Shown: positions 40,352 through 53,365, numbered from the stretch's first letter. The stretch is DNA of 64,000 bases from Octopus sinensis (GCF_006345805.1 NC_043004.1:65224001-65288000), one strand, 5' to 3'. The notes: generated by a model from the letters alone, not told the origin. Numbers and translations: made by a program.

Positions 40352-41125
40352 ATAAAAGAACATTGAAAGTACCAACCAGAGATTCCATTACCTTAGTGCG
40401 CTCGAGACAGCAGATCCGTTTCAAGAAGAAGAAGAAGAAGAAGAAGAAGAAGAAGAAGAAGAAGAAGAAGAAGAAGAAACTTCCTGTGAGCAATGAAAAG
40501 TGGAATTGTTATTGGGAAGTGGCTGCAGGTTTACCAGGGTGCCAAGGACTCTTTCTCGTCCCAGTTACGAAAAAACCGGACATTTTAATGTGGTGTGAAA
40601 GAAAAAAGTTGTGAATTTAGTTGAGTTAACTGTTTTTCATGAAGATAATAACATGGACGCCGCTCGGGCTTGAAAAATTGGTCGTTACGTAAATGTTCTC
40701 GATGAATGTGAAGACACAGGCTGGAAAGCGGAGCATTTTCAAATCGAAGTTGGATGTAGAGGATTTTTTGGACATAGTGTGAGGTTACTGTTGTTATCGT
40801 TAGGCCTAACTCATCGTAAAGTAAATACCGCCATGACCAATATCCAAACTACAGTAGGAAAGGCTAGCCACTGGATTTGGTTAAAAGGGAGACGATGAGC
40901 GATGACTAGAAGTATTGAGCCCTAGTTGATATCCAGTTGATCCAGCAAGCAGGGCCTCATATGTGTGAGGAGGGATGGTGCGTAATGATGCCGTCGTGAG
41001 GTAGGCCCCGAAACGGCGCGCATTCTCTTCTGATGACCCCATACTCTTGCTGGCTTCCGATATGCGGAGCATTCAACTGGTAGCACTTTCATGTCCAAGT
41101 TGTTTGTAAAACATCTAGATTCATC
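40352..41125 (+). mobile_element. HERO/NeSL-like REL-endonuclease retrotransposon, 5'-truncated, pseudogenised
   Basis: KKPDILMW...VNLVELTVFHED...KIGRYVNVLDECEDTGWKAEHFQIEVGCRGFFGHS...KASHWIWLK (PD..ELT..K..KY REL motif; one frameshift, one TGA), then ~240-nt 3' UTR. Confidence 0.85.
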
Positions 41126-41185
41126 TCTAATTAGTGCAAGAGTTTCATCGCTCGAGCAACTGGAACAAGGATTTTTTCAAATTTT

Positions 41186-41770
41186 CAAGACCACTAATAA
41201 AACTAAAAGCACTAAGAGAAGACAGCCCTCCGCTAAGCAGCTCATAAACACGCATGCTGAAAATCGCCCAATTTCCCAAACCAACGCCGTCAAAAACATA
41301 ACCTTTTTGGCGGGGTAAAAAAAAAACACAGCCATATGATTTTTAAAAAACCCTTTAAAAACAGGAATCATCCCAATAGTCAAGGCTTGTCATGTCATCC
41401 TCTCAAGACCTCCACCAAGCAACTGATATGCGAGTAAAATTACTAATAGAGAAACGAAAATAAACTTTAGAAACAGCAACGCCACCATAGGTTACGTGAA
41501 AATGATGAACGTGTTTTCAAGGGAGATAATCAAAGAACGTAACATTGTAATACTTCGTGTAAAGTAAATATAACAAATGAAAAATCTCTCACGAATCCAT
41601 ATAAATTCCAGGATCACTACCGAAATTTCATTATCTGTTCCTTGTGTCATTACCAACTTTTCCTGCCCGTTTCATTAAATACTATCCGCAACATTTTGAG
41701 TTATTTTGCACACAGACGGACAAGCCGACGCCGATGAAAACATAACCTCTTTCCTTGGGGGAGGTAATAA
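41186..41770 (+). mobile_element. Possible Helentron/HINE-like non-autonomous element(s)
   Basis: Two AAAACATAACCT...GG.GG.GGTAA hairpin-type ends (~41295-41320 and ~41738-41770) and an internal TTTTGAGTTATTTTGCACACAGACGGACA motif; family call from memory only. Confidence 0.4.
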
Positions 41771-41829
41771 AACCGCCAATAGCACTAGCAGTTACCTGTC
41801 GGATTTCTTATTAGGAAATTCACAAGCTT

Positions 41830-42850
41830 ATATATCTCTAGATTCAATTCCTGGTCCTGTAGATGTTGTCAACTATCATCTTGATTACTTGAATTCTAAG
41901 GGACCGCCCAGGTTTCAATCGCAACTAATTCATTGAAAATAATAGCTAACACCCTTCTACACCGATCAACTTGATCAGCCACCCGCGTTCGGTGACATCA
42001 GAGAAGGCATTAACGCCTATAACTGTCAGCTATACTGATTTTTTTTTCATAACAAAAATGCGTTTATCTCTAGATTGCCTTTCACATCATCTAGCATTGT
42101 ACTTTTCTATAACAGGGTAAAACGTTTCTAAGCCATCTTGAAAGAACTCATAGTTATCCAAGGTTTTTTTTTAGTTGAAAGCCGAATCAGAATTTGATTA
42201 AACTGAGCTATTGGACATTTTAGAAATGCTGGAGAAGTAAAGGCCTTTATTTTATATTCCTTCCCTGTAGTAGAAACAAACTATCTTTAGACACTTCAAA
42301 TTGTAGAGATGGCGGTTTTCACTAGAAATAAAATTCCTAGTCCACATGCACTTCTACAAAAGTCCAGTTTCATTAATATCACACAAGTGTTCTGGTCTGT
42401 AACTTGTAACGTTTCTTCGATTCCTCTCGATTATTATTAGCAGCCTCTGTATCAGCACTGACAGCTTCACCGATCATTTTAATGTTGTACACAATAAGGC
42501 ACTTCTTAATAGTTTAAAATCAGAGTTAATAGCCAGAAAAGATTCAGTGTCAGAAGCTACATCTTCCAATTTCTGCATATCGTTATGCAAACTTTTAACA
42601 TTCTGCTTAAATGATCATTGTGTTTAACGATAAATTACGTTCAGTCAGATCGTCCATCTACACATTCAGGAGACGAAACTCATTACGCATCATATCAGAG
42701 CTACAGAAGCAAACGATGTCCAGGCAGTTAACGGAGCTTGGCCACCTGACTTAGTTTTATTTTCATTGTCACGTCCTTTTCCCATTGTAGACGTTCCAAG
42801 ATTTGTCGCTTGTTCTTCCAATATGGCTGAATTTTCTCACTCAACTAACC
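41830..42850 (-). mobile_element. Tigger/pogo transposase fossil
   Basis: YNIKMIGEAVSADTEAANN...YRPEHLCDINETGLL*KCM...FISSE...FEVSKDSL matches HNIK..GEAASAD.EAA...Y.PEQ.FN.DETGL.WK.MP..T.IS.E...GFK.SKDR. Confidence 0.8.
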
Positions 42851-42917
42851 TAAAATATCAAGTAGTTTTAAGTTCAACATAGTCTTTTGCTTGTGTACAT
42901 ATGTGTGTACACAATAT

Positions 42918-42963
<46 letters not shown>

Positions 42964-43016
42964 AATATATATTATATATATATACACATACATACATACA
43001 TACATACATACATACA

Positions 43017-43051
<35 letters not shown>

Positions 43052-43519
43052 GTGTGTGTATATATACATACATATGCATACATATATACACATACATATA
43101 TACATATATATATATACATACACACATATATATACATATACATACATACACGTACAAACACACACACACTCACACACGCAGACAGACAGACAGACACACA
43201 TATATATAAGTATGCGCATTAGCATGTATGTTTATTGGGGCTTACGATTCTATCGGAGGCAGATTTATATAATTTACGAATGATTGCGGTATACACTAAT
43301 ATATTCATATATACACATACTAATGTGTGAGTGTAGGCGTGGTGTGCATGTGTACAGAAATATATAAGCAATGCATGCTAACTATATCAAATTAACCTTA
43401 GAGAGTAGGGTTTCATTTGAGGATTATTTATCTACTATGTCTATCATGTCATCATGTCGTGCAACTGAATAAGGTCCTTGTTTAGGCTCAATTGTGTATT
43501 ATGTATGTATGTTATTGAG

Positions 43520-43815
43520 GAGGTGCCATGACCCTGTGGTTAGGGTAGCGGACTCGCGGTCGTAGAATCGTTTTGATTCCCAGACCGGGTGTTGTGAGTG
43601 TTTATAGGGCGAAAACACCTAAAGCTCCTCGAGTCTCCGACAGGAGATGGTGGTGAATCCTGCTGTACTCTTTCACCACAACTTTCTCTCACTCTTCCTT
43701 TCAGTTTCTGTTGTAACGGGATCTGTAGTCTTCAAATCAGCTTTCTCCTTTCTGGTTTTGAGAAGCCTCACTTCTCAAGATTGGTATTTAGGCAGTGTTA
43801 CATTCCCCAGTGCTC
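43520..43815 (+). mobile_element. SINE family C
   Basis: GGAGGTGCCATGACCCTGTGGTTAGGGTAGCGGACTCGCGG head and CACCACAACTTTCTCTCACTC body. Confidence 0.75.
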
Positions 43816-44149
43816 CAATAATAGTATGCATGTATGTATGTATGTATGTATGTATGTATGTATGTATGTATGTATGTATGTATGTATGTACGTATGTATT
43901 TATGTATGTATGTATGTATTTATGTATGTATGTATGTATGTATGTATTTATGTATGTATGTATGTATGTATTTATGTATGTATGTATTTATGTATGTATG
44001 TATGTATGTATGTATGTATGTATGTATGCATTTTCTTCTTATTTATATACTCGTGTTCTTCCTTGGTGGAGAGACGTAGTTTCTATCACAAACACAAAAG
44101 CTTCAACATCGGGTTTCATTAGCCACAACCATAATTGATACTTACCGAA

Positions 44150-44340
44150 TTTCCACAGTCTTGTGTAATTCCTTTATACGATAGGCACAAGGGGCCCGAA
44201 ATTATGGAACATTAGGATATTCGATTACATCGACCCCAGTGCTCGACTGGTACCTATTTTATGGATACCAAAGGTTGAAAGCCGAAATCGTCCTCGGCAG
44301 AATATGAACTCAGGACGTATTCACTTACAAGTTTCCGACA
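44150..44340 (-). mobile_element. SINE family B monomer, diverged
   Basis: Reverse-complement body ...GGTACCAGTCGAGCACTGGGGTCGATGTAATCGA. Confidence 0.7.
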
Positions 44341-44355
44341 AATATTATAGATGCA

Positions 44356-44505
<150 letters not shown>

Positions 44506-44825
44506 AGTGGAGGGGCAATGGCCCAATGGTTAAGGCAGCGGACTCACAGTTGTAGGATCGTTGTTTCGATTCCCAGACCGGCCGTTGTGAGTGCTTTTTG
44601 AGCGAAAACACCTAAAGCGCTACGAGGCTCCGGCAGAGGGTGCTGGCAAACCCTGCTGTATTTTTTCGCCACAATTTCCTATCCTGTTTCTGTTATACCT
44701 GTTTTTCAAAGGGCCAGTCTTGTCACACAATGTGTCACACTCCCCGAGAACTATACTAAGCGTACACGTGTGTGTGGAGTGCTCAGCTGGAACCCTCATC
44801 GTCGTTTCTGACGGAGTGCCACGAT
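44506..44825 (+). mobile_element. SINE family C
   Basis: GTGGAGGGGCAATGGCCCAATGGTTAAGGCAGCGGACTC head, GTTTCGATTCCCAGACC B box. Confidence 0.8.
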
Positions 44826-45126
44826 CTGCCTATCTATTTTATATTTTCATCTCTTAGCATTTACTTCTTACAGTCATTAAATTGCGGCCATGTTGGAACA
44901 CCACCACGAACGGTTTAGTTGAACAAATAGACCACAGTAGTTATTCCTGTTTCTAAGCCTGGTACTTGTATCGTTCTCCTTTTGCCGAACTGCTAATTTA
45001 CGAGGACCTAAGGAAACCAACATTGGTTGTCAAGCAATCATACAGGTAAAAAAAACCACAAAGCAAAAACATGCATAAATGTAACAACGGGCTTCCTTCA
45101 GTTTCCGTCTACCATGATTTTAAATA

Positions 45127-45171
<45 letters not shown>

Positions 45172-45357
45172 TAAGCAATTAAGGGTTTAGCAACGAATTG
45201 CCTCACCACACACCGAATTTAGAAATAGCAGTCAAAGAGTTATAGCTATTCTTTCTACTAAAAGGGAGATCTCAGTAAAAACACAGCACTTGAAAGGCAA
45301 ACACAGACAGGTAAGAGAGAATGAAATGACGGCAATCCATCATACAATTTTAAGTCA

Positions 45358-45448
45358 CCTACGGACGTACGTTTCGAAATCAAGTTTTAGGAAAGCATAA
45401 GAATTAGATAATTCTACCTTACCCAACTTCTTTTCTCATCAGCGTAGG
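45358..45448 (-). ncRNA. Type I hammerhead ribozyme (inverted-arm copy), intact
   Basis: Reverse complement of 45548-45638. Confidence 0.9.
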
Positions 45449-45547
45449 ATACTACAATTATGAATAATTGTATATTAAATTTGTGAGTTGAGATGATGCC
45501 TTCTAGTATCTCAAAATTTAATATACAATTATTCATAATTGTAGTAT

Positions 45548-45638
45548 CCTACGCTGATGAGAAAAGAAGTTGGGTAAGGTAGAATTATCTAATTCTTATG
45601 CTTTCCTAAAACTTGATTTCGAAACGTACGTCCGTAGG
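45548..45638 (+). ncRNA. Type I hammerhead ribozyme, canonical core
   Basis: CCTACG CTGATGA GAAA...TTTC GAAA CGTACG TC CGTAGG; 6-bp stem I, long stem II, palindromic stem III, GUC, predicted cut after 45632. Confidence 0.92.
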
Positions 45639-45925
45639 TGACTTAAAATTGTATGATGGATTGCCGTCATTTCATTCTCTCTTACCTGTCTGTGTTTGCC
45701 TTTCAAGTGCTGTGTTTTTACTGAGATCTCCCTTTTAGTAGAAAGAATAGCTATAACTCTTTGACTGCTATTTCTAAATTCGGTGTATGGTGAGGCAATT
45801 CGTTGCTAAACCCTTAATTGCTTAGTATTACTTAAATTTTCCTCGAATGAGGCTTTTACATGCCGAAATCTACTTGGTGTGATTAATAATTATTCCAAAT
45901 TAATTAATTTCACCCTTTATTGTTA

Positions 45926-45970
<45 letters not shown>

Positions 45971-45984
45971 TCATATATATATTA

Positions 45985-46121
45985 TTTCTGTGTTCCTTTC
46001 TGTGGATGACGGAAGGCTCGAAACGTTAAAGACTTTTCAATTTCCCGAGCGTTAAACTACTACATCTGTTTGTTGCCTACACCACCTGTCTTCGTCTTTT
46101 TTTTTTTGCGAATTCTCCCTA
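45985..46121 (+). mobile_element. PLE-like 3' end (family F6) with decayed minimal HHR
   Basis: CTTT CTGTGGA TGAC GGAA GGCTC GAAA CGTT AAAG; homologous to 35212 and 51834; (TA)n on both sides. Confidence 0.6.
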
Positions 46122-46479
46122 TACATATATATATAGATAGATATAGATATATATATATATACATATATATATGAAGATATGAACACATATATAGACACAC
46201 ACACATATATATACACACACAGGCACATAAAAACGGACACAAACACACACGCACACACGTATGCACAAACATCTTAGCTTTCAACATTTGAACATTCATA
46301 GATATGTGCAAGTGACAAGCTGAAGACTTGCAAACTTCAAAACCAAATAACGGATAGCAGAAGTAATATAACAACTTTAACAACGATAGCACTTCCAATA
46401 TCATACGTCAAAACTTAAGTAAAATTGTCAACGATACATCTATACAAATATACATACATATATACATATATATGTATAT

Positions 46480-46516
<37 letters not shown>

Positions 46517-46567
46517 ATGTGTGTGTATATATATATGTATACATATATATACATATATATGTATATT

Positions 46568-46636
<69 letters not shown>

Positions 46637-47177
46637 GTATGTATGTATGTATGTAGATGCGTTGATATTTCTGTGTGCATTTACATGTCTTTGAGAGATT
46701 GGAAACATAATTTAACTCTATGGAAAGCTAATAAAAAATTCATAAAATTACTATAATGAGAAATATTATAGTGTCTGGAAAAATAAGTTGCTTAAATGAG
46801 CACATATTTAAAAAAACAAAACCATTGGGTAGCTACTTCTACTTACTCTATGTCGGCAAAGTAACTAACAGTGATTTTATGAGTTTGTGCTGAGTTTATA
46901 CTTGGAATAAAAGTACTGCAGGAGTGGTGAGTGGGAGAATGAGTTCACATATGTATGTTGTTTGTTTAAATGCACATGGCTGGCTCTATGGTTAAGAAGC
47001 TTGGTGTTCAGCGACGTGGCTTCAGGTGCGTTTCCAACGCGTGGAAACATGAGCACTTCCTTTGTATTATAGCTTCGGGGGTGAATATGTGAATGAATTT
47101 GATAGAGAGAAACTGTGTAGAAGTTCGTCATATACATAGATACTTAAATTTATATATTTATGTATATTTTAAACTCG

Positions 47178-48222
47178 TAGGTGGAGTGTCTCTGCGGTAA
47201 TTAGCTTGCTTACCGACCACATAGTTCCGGGTTCAGTCTTCTACTATAGCCTCGGTCTGACCAAAGCCTTGTGAGTGGATTTGGTAGACGGAAACTAAAA
47301 GAATCCCGTCGTATATATGTATATATATTATATATATATATATTTGTGTGTGTGTGTGTGTGTATGTGTGTATATGTTTGTGTGTCTGTGTTTATCCCCC
47401 ACCCCAACATCGCTTGACAACAGATGCTGGTGTGTTCACGTTCCCGTAACTTAGCGGTTCGGCAAAAGAGACCGATAGAATAAGTGCTAGGCTTACAAAG
47501 TATAAGTCCTGGGGTCTATTTGCTCAACTGAAGACGGTGGTCCAGCATGGCCGCAGTCAAATGACAAACAAATAAAAGAATAAAAGAAAGAAAAGAATAT
47601 ATATATAGGCGCAGGAGTGGCTGTGTGGTAAGTAGCTTGCTTACCAACCACATAGTTCCGGGTTCAGTCCCACTGCGTGACACCTTGGGCAAGTGTCTTC
47701 TACTATAGCCTCGGGCCGACCAAAGTCTTGTGAGTGGATTTGGTAGACGGAAACTGAAAGAAGCCCGTCGTATATATGTATATATATGCGTGTGTGTCTG
47801 TTTGTCCCCCTATCATTATTTGACAACCGATGCTGGTGTGTTTATGTCCCCGTTACTTAGCGGTTCGGCAAAAGAGACCGATAGAATAAGTACTGGGCTT
47901 ACAAAAGAATAAGTCCCGGGGTCGCGTTGCTCGACTAAAGGCGGTGCTCCAGCATGGCCGCAGTCAAAATGACTGAAACAAGGAAAAAGAAAAAGAAAAA
48001 GAAAAAATATATATATACATCTACGCAGACGCAAATAGGTTGAACACAGAAATGCACACACACACACACACATATATAGGCGTAGGCTTGGCTATGTGGC
48101 GAAAAGGTTGCTTCCCAACCACATGGTTCCCAATTCAGTTCCCCTGCATGTCACGTTTGAGCGTCTTCTAGTATAGCCTCAGGCCGACCAAAACCTTGTC
48201 AGTGGATGTGGTGGACGGAAAC

Positions 48223-48253
<31 letters not shown>

Positions 48254-48510
48254 TGTATGTATGTATGTATGTATGTATGTATGTATGTATGTATGTATGT
48301 ATGTATGTATACATTTGGCTGTTTGTGTCTGTGTTTGTTCCTCCGCCATCGCTTGACAACCAGCCTTCGTGTTTACGTCCCCGTAACTTAGCAGTTCGGC
48401 AAAAGACGTCGATAGAATATGTACCAGGCTTACAAAGCTTAAGTCCAGGGGTCTATTTCTTCGACTAAAACACTGTGCTCCAGTACGGCAGCAGTCAAAA
48501 TGACTGAAAC
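47178..48510 (+). mobile_element. Three consecutive head-to-tail SINE family A copies
   Basis: Copies at ~47178-47600 (internal deletion in head), 47607-48000 and 48077-48510, each differently diverged. Confidence 0.85.
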
Positions 48511-48526
48511 CAGTAAAAGTGTATAT

Positions 48527-48566
<40 letters not shown>

Positions 48567-48899
48567 AGATGAATATATGCGCATGCTCACACACATGCAT
48601 ACTTAAAGCTACAGTGAAACACATGCGCCTGCTGAAGGAGCATACGCAAGTGTGCAGGAAGGACAAATTATATAACGATGTGAATTTCTGAAATTTACGC
48701 TCATATAAATATACATACATACATAAATACATACATACATACATATATACATACATACATGCATACGTACATTATATATAACATTAAATATATATTGATA
48801 AAAATGGTAAGACAAGAAAAGAATGAAAGAGACCTCGATATTATGTAAATAGAGGAATTTATTTGTAAATGTAATATGTGACAATTATTCGGTAGTCAT

Positions 48900-48960
48900 G
48901 ATAAAACTCCGAGTTCCGGATGCCGAGGTGGAAATCCACGTCACCATCTCTTCAGTTATC
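48900..48960 (-). ncRNA. Type I HHR copy with GAAA to GGAA change
   Basis: GATAA CTGAAGA GATG...CATCC GGAA CTCGGAG TT TTATC. Confidence 0.65.
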
Positions 48961-48990
48961 CGGCCATCGGAAAAGAAAAGAAAATGGCCG

Positions 48991-49051
48991 GATAACTGAA
49001 GAGATAGCGACGTGGATTTCTACCTTGGCATCCGAAACTCGCAGTTTTATC
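48991..49051 (+). ncRNA. Type I HHR copy, core intact, stems partly decayed
   Basis: GATAA CTGAAGA GATA...CATCC GAAA CTCGCAG TT TTATC; GUU triplet. Confidence 0.7.
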
Positions 49052-49366
49052 ATGGCTAGCGAATGATTGTCACATATTATATTTACAGATATATAATATA
49101 TATTCATATAAATACACGAAACGAGAATAACTACACAAACTTTCAGAATATTCATGTATACGAAAATCTTAAACGTATAAAATTTTTATAAGAAATAACA
49201 AATAAAACAGTTTTGAGCGCATATCTACAAAAGTACGTCCGTATATAGATTTATGTATATGTTTATAAATACATCCAATATGTATTTGTATATTAACACA
49301 TATCTACATGCATATGTGGATATATGTAAATTTGTACGCCCCGCCCCATATATATATATACATGTA

Positions 49367-49601
49367 TTTTTTATTGCCCACAGGGGGCTAAATATAGAGG
49401 GGACAAACAAGGACAGACAAAGGCTTTAAGACGATTACATCGACCACAGTGCGTACCTGGTACTTATTTAATCGATCCCGAAAGTATGATAGGCAAAGTT
49501 GGCTTCGGCGGAATTTGAATTCAGAACGTAACGGCAGACGAAATACCTATTTCTTTACTACCCACAAGGGGCTAAACACAGAGGGGACAAACAAGGACAA
49601 A
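49367..49601 (-). mobile_element. SINE family B dimer, 5'-truncated
   Basis: Same AAAGAAATAG|GTATTTCGTC junction (at 49546/49547) as the 12768 and 29099 copies. Confidence 0.8.
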
Positions 49602-49605
49602 CTAG

Positions 49606-49807
49606 TACAGTTATGGAGTGGTACCCGCGTGAGCGGAAAAGACCACCCGGAAGACCTCCACGACGGTAGAGTGACGATTTCAGGAGGACGATTGGGATCA
49701 CGTGGATGAGAAAGGCGCGATCCAGAGAGGAGTGGACAGCGTGCTGTGACCAGCGGTGTCAAATAGACGCCTGACGGACTGGTCGGTCAAAGTGATAAAG
49801 TGAAGTG
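49606..49807 (+). mobile_element. RTE LINE extreme 3' end
   Basis: [41 protein letters not shown]. Confidence 0.8.
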
Positions 49808-49840
<33 letters not shown>

Positions 49841-49861
49841 TATGTATGTATGTATATATAT

Positions 49862-49928
<67 letters not shown>

Positions 49929-50518
49929 ATATACATATATATGTGTATATATATATACGTATATATATACATATATATATATATATACATATATATATCT
50001 ATATATATACATGCCCACAAAGATGTGCCATATACTAATATAGACATATATACATACAAGTGTTTGTAGGCATACATGTGTGATTATGAATTTGAAGTAT
50101 GCTACACACACATACACACTCATTCACACATATAGATATATGGATACCATATATGTATAGCGGCATACGTAACTATTTCAAAAAGACTATAATTGATACG
50201 AAAATAATTTTCCCTATCTGACTCCTGTGTTTGAGATCGCAGTCTTTAAGGTCTTACATAAATGGCGGTGCCCCAGCATGGTCACAGCTCGTGAGCTGAA
50301 ACTAGAATCAATCAATCAATCATATTCATCAGCGGTGAAAAAAAATCGTTTTCTAATATTACATTTATAATTTACATTTGTATTGAGCTGTGTGTTTTTC
50401 GTAAAACTAACCAACGATAGTACAAACACAAATAGAAGCTTATATATAATGCACTAACTTATAGTTGGTGAATAAACATATATGAATTAATCTTATCAGG
50501 CAGTTTTCTTATCTAAGC

Positions 50519-50556
<38 letters not shown>

Positions 50557-50569
50557 TGTGTGTGTGTCA

Positions 50570-51480
50570 TCATTATCATCATTTGATGTCCTTTTTTCCC
50601 AGCTGGTATGGGTTGGGCGGTTTGATTGAAAGTTGCTAAGCTGAAGAACTGCACCAGATTTCAGTCTGATTAGTCATGGTCTCTATACCTGGAGGCCTTC
50701 CTAACACCAACCACTACAAAAATGTAGTGGATGCATTTTACATACCATCAGCACAGGTGACAGTTCTGCGACACTGGCATCGGTCACGACCACAATTTAC
50801 CGTTCTTCTCTAGCACAGCATATCGCCCAACGTTCGAAAGGTGCTTTGTGCGTTTTTGTCGAAGGTTGTTTTTTGTCACCGGCACGAGTGCCAGTTACTC
50901 GACTCTGACATTGGCCACGATTGCGATTTCACTTGACGTGTTTCCCCAAGCGCGGCATATCGCCGACGGTCTCGGCCATTTATCATTGCCTGCATGAAGC
51001 CCAACGTTCGAAGATCATGCTTCACCACCTCGTTCCATATCTTCCTGGGTCTACCTCTTCCTCATGTTTCCTCCACCATTAGAGATCGGCAATTCTTCAC
51101 ACAGATGTCTACCCCCTTATGCATCACATGACTATACCAGCGCAGTCGTTTCTCTTGCACACCTCATCTGATGCCTCTTGTACTCAACTTTTCTCTCATG
51201 CACACTGATATTGCCCAGCCAGCGAAGCATGCTAGCTTTCAAGCCTTCGCATGTCTTCGGTGTTCACATCACATGTTTCACAGCCGTGTAGCATGACTGT
51301 TCGGACACAGGCATCATACAATCTGCTTTCACTCTGAGGGAGAGGCCTTTGTAACCAACAGAGGTAGGAGCTTTCTGAACTATGCCCAGCATCTTCTTAT
51401 TCTAGCAGGAACGCTTTCAGAACATCCACCTTCGTTACTGAATTGGTCACCTTGGTTGCGGAAGCTATCAACTACTTCTA
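50570..51480 (-). mobile_element. RTE LINE RT C-terminal region and 3' UTR, frameshifted
   Basis: LEVVDSFR..GDQ.S..GGCSES..ARIR..WA.FR.LLPLLVTK and later GRGRPRKIWNEVVKHDLRTLGL; (CAT)n-like tail near 50570. Confidence 0.9.
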
Positions 51481-51699
51481 AGTATGTATGTATGTATGTA
51501 TGTATTATGTATGTATGTATGTATATTTATGTATACTACATATATACATATACGTTTATAGATACATACATATAAATGCGCGCGCGCATACACACATATC
51601 ATGATCCGTAACAACTAAAACAAATAAGGTGCCAAGGTATCTATTTAAGTATGTATATTTGTGTATACTACATATATATGTGTATATATATATATATCT

Positions 51700-51968
51700 C
51701 CCCTATTTTCGCTCTTGCGTCTCACGTTTGATCTCTGACTTCTGGCCAGAATCAGATCGCCATGTTGAATCGCTAGCTTCTGCACGCATTTTTTTTTCTC
51801 TCCTTGTTTCTCTCCGTGTTTCTTTTCTGTGTATCTTTCTGTTGAAGAGCGTAGGCTCGAAACGTAAAAGACTTGTTTTATTTATATTCCTGAGCGCCAT
51901 ACTAATACAATTATTTGTTTGTACTCCACCTGCCTTCGTCTTTTGTTTATTTTCATAAAGCTTCCCGT

Positions 51969-51970
<2 letters not shown>
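51700..51970 (+). mobile_element. PLE-like 3' end (family F6), best-preserved copy
   Basis: Homologous to 35150 and 45985 elements; (TA)n on both sides. Confidence 0.7.
51834..51871 (+). ncRNA. Minimal type I HHR variant (U at core position 6)
   Basis: TCTTT CTGTTGA A GAGC GTAG GCTC GAAA CG TA AAAGA; 5-bp stem I, 4-bp stem II, ACGU palindrome as stem III. Confidence 0.7.
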
Positions 51971-52000
<30 letters not shown>

Positions 52001-53061
52001 ATATATACACACACACACTTATACATATATGAAAAATATTAATTAAAATTATTAAATATCTGTAGAAACTGCCTAGACAACACAACTGTAGAAGCGAACT
52101 GATGCAATGTTCGACCTGAAATATTAATCAAGTTATCAAACAAACTCTTTAGACCTTTTAATGTTTGTTTTCTCAATCTGTTTGCTTGCCTCTTTGTCTA
52201 TTTCTCTCTGTTTCCCTATCTTACTGAATATACTCTATAATGCATTTTCGGTGCAATAAATCTTTCATAATAATTCTATTTATCTATTTCCAATCGAGCG
52301 CTTGCAATATTAGAACTTTCTGGGCGTTTTTATTAACATTTTATTACATTTTCTCGGATGAACCTTTTAAATAACAACACCTTTCAAACTTAGTCCGTTT
52401 CTTTTGTTTCTTAATGAAGTGATATAAATATGTGTTCGTTTTCAATTTATCTTTCATTGTTTCCGGTCTTCAAATGTATGATGTGATTGCATGTATGTTG
52501 AACGATGACCACACAACAAGGAAGTCAGCAAGAGCTATCTAGCACAGGCACATAATACAGGCGGCCGTTGACAATCAAGAGACCCATAAAATGGTAACCG
52601 ATTTCATATATATATTTCCACTACTTCATTTGTATAATTATCCTGGAGATATTCTCCTCAATACAATGCATTTGTAGTGAGACATGTTAGCGCTATTTTG
52701 TTCTAGCGGCATAACACGTTTGTGCTATGCCCTCTTCATCCATTTACTGCTAGCTGCGGAAGGATACATGAAGCAGCTTCTGCCTAGCAGTGAAGCGCAC
52801 GTTTTTCAAAGGGAAAAAGACCAGTTGCCGTTGGACCGCCGACACGAAAACACATAGTTGCTGTTGGTAATTCAAGTTGGCAAGATGTAATATCCGATTT
52901 TTCGGCGAGATTCTAACTCGCTTTGCATTGCCACCCATTGGATTTGTTGTATATACTTACAAAATTAACTAACTTGTACGTTATTAGAAATTAACTTATA
53001 TGTCACTACACGCTGTTTAACTTGAACCTTTAATTATAAGAGGATATGCTTTCCTTCTGTC

Positions 53062-53365
53062 GAGGCACATGGCCTAGTAGTTAGAGCAGCAGACTCGCGG
53101 TGGAGGGATTGCGGGTTCGAATCTCAGACCTGGCGATGCGTGTGTTTATGAGCGAAACACCTAAGCTACACGCGGCTCTGGCAGAAGGTAATGGCGAACA
53201 TCTGCTGAGTCTTCCACCACAACTTTCTCCCACTCTTTCCTCCTGAATCTTGCAGCTCACCTGCGACGGACCGGCGTCCCGTCCAGGTGGGGGAATCTAT
53301 ACACCAAGGAAACCGGGAAACCGGCCCTATGAGCAAGGCTTGGCTCGAGAAGGAACACACAATGC
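53062..53365 (+). mobile_element. SINE family C variant
   Basis: GAGGCACATGGCCTAGTAGTTAGAGCAGCAGACTCGCGG...GGTTCGAATCTC head. Confidence 0.8.

Larger units (their letters stand above)
45168..45930 (+). mobile_element. Fold-back PLE-like element (family F1): 315-bp arms, 31-nt spacer, ~100-nt tail
   Basis: Arms 45168-45482 and 45514-45828; only one mismatch found by eye; (TA)n on both sides; HHR in each arm. Confidence 0.9.
48793..49091 (-). mobile_element. Fold-back PLE-like element (family F2): ~67-nt tail + ~108-bp arms + 16-nt spacer
   Basis: Arms 48860-48967 and 48984-49091; HHR in each arm. Confidence 0.8.
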
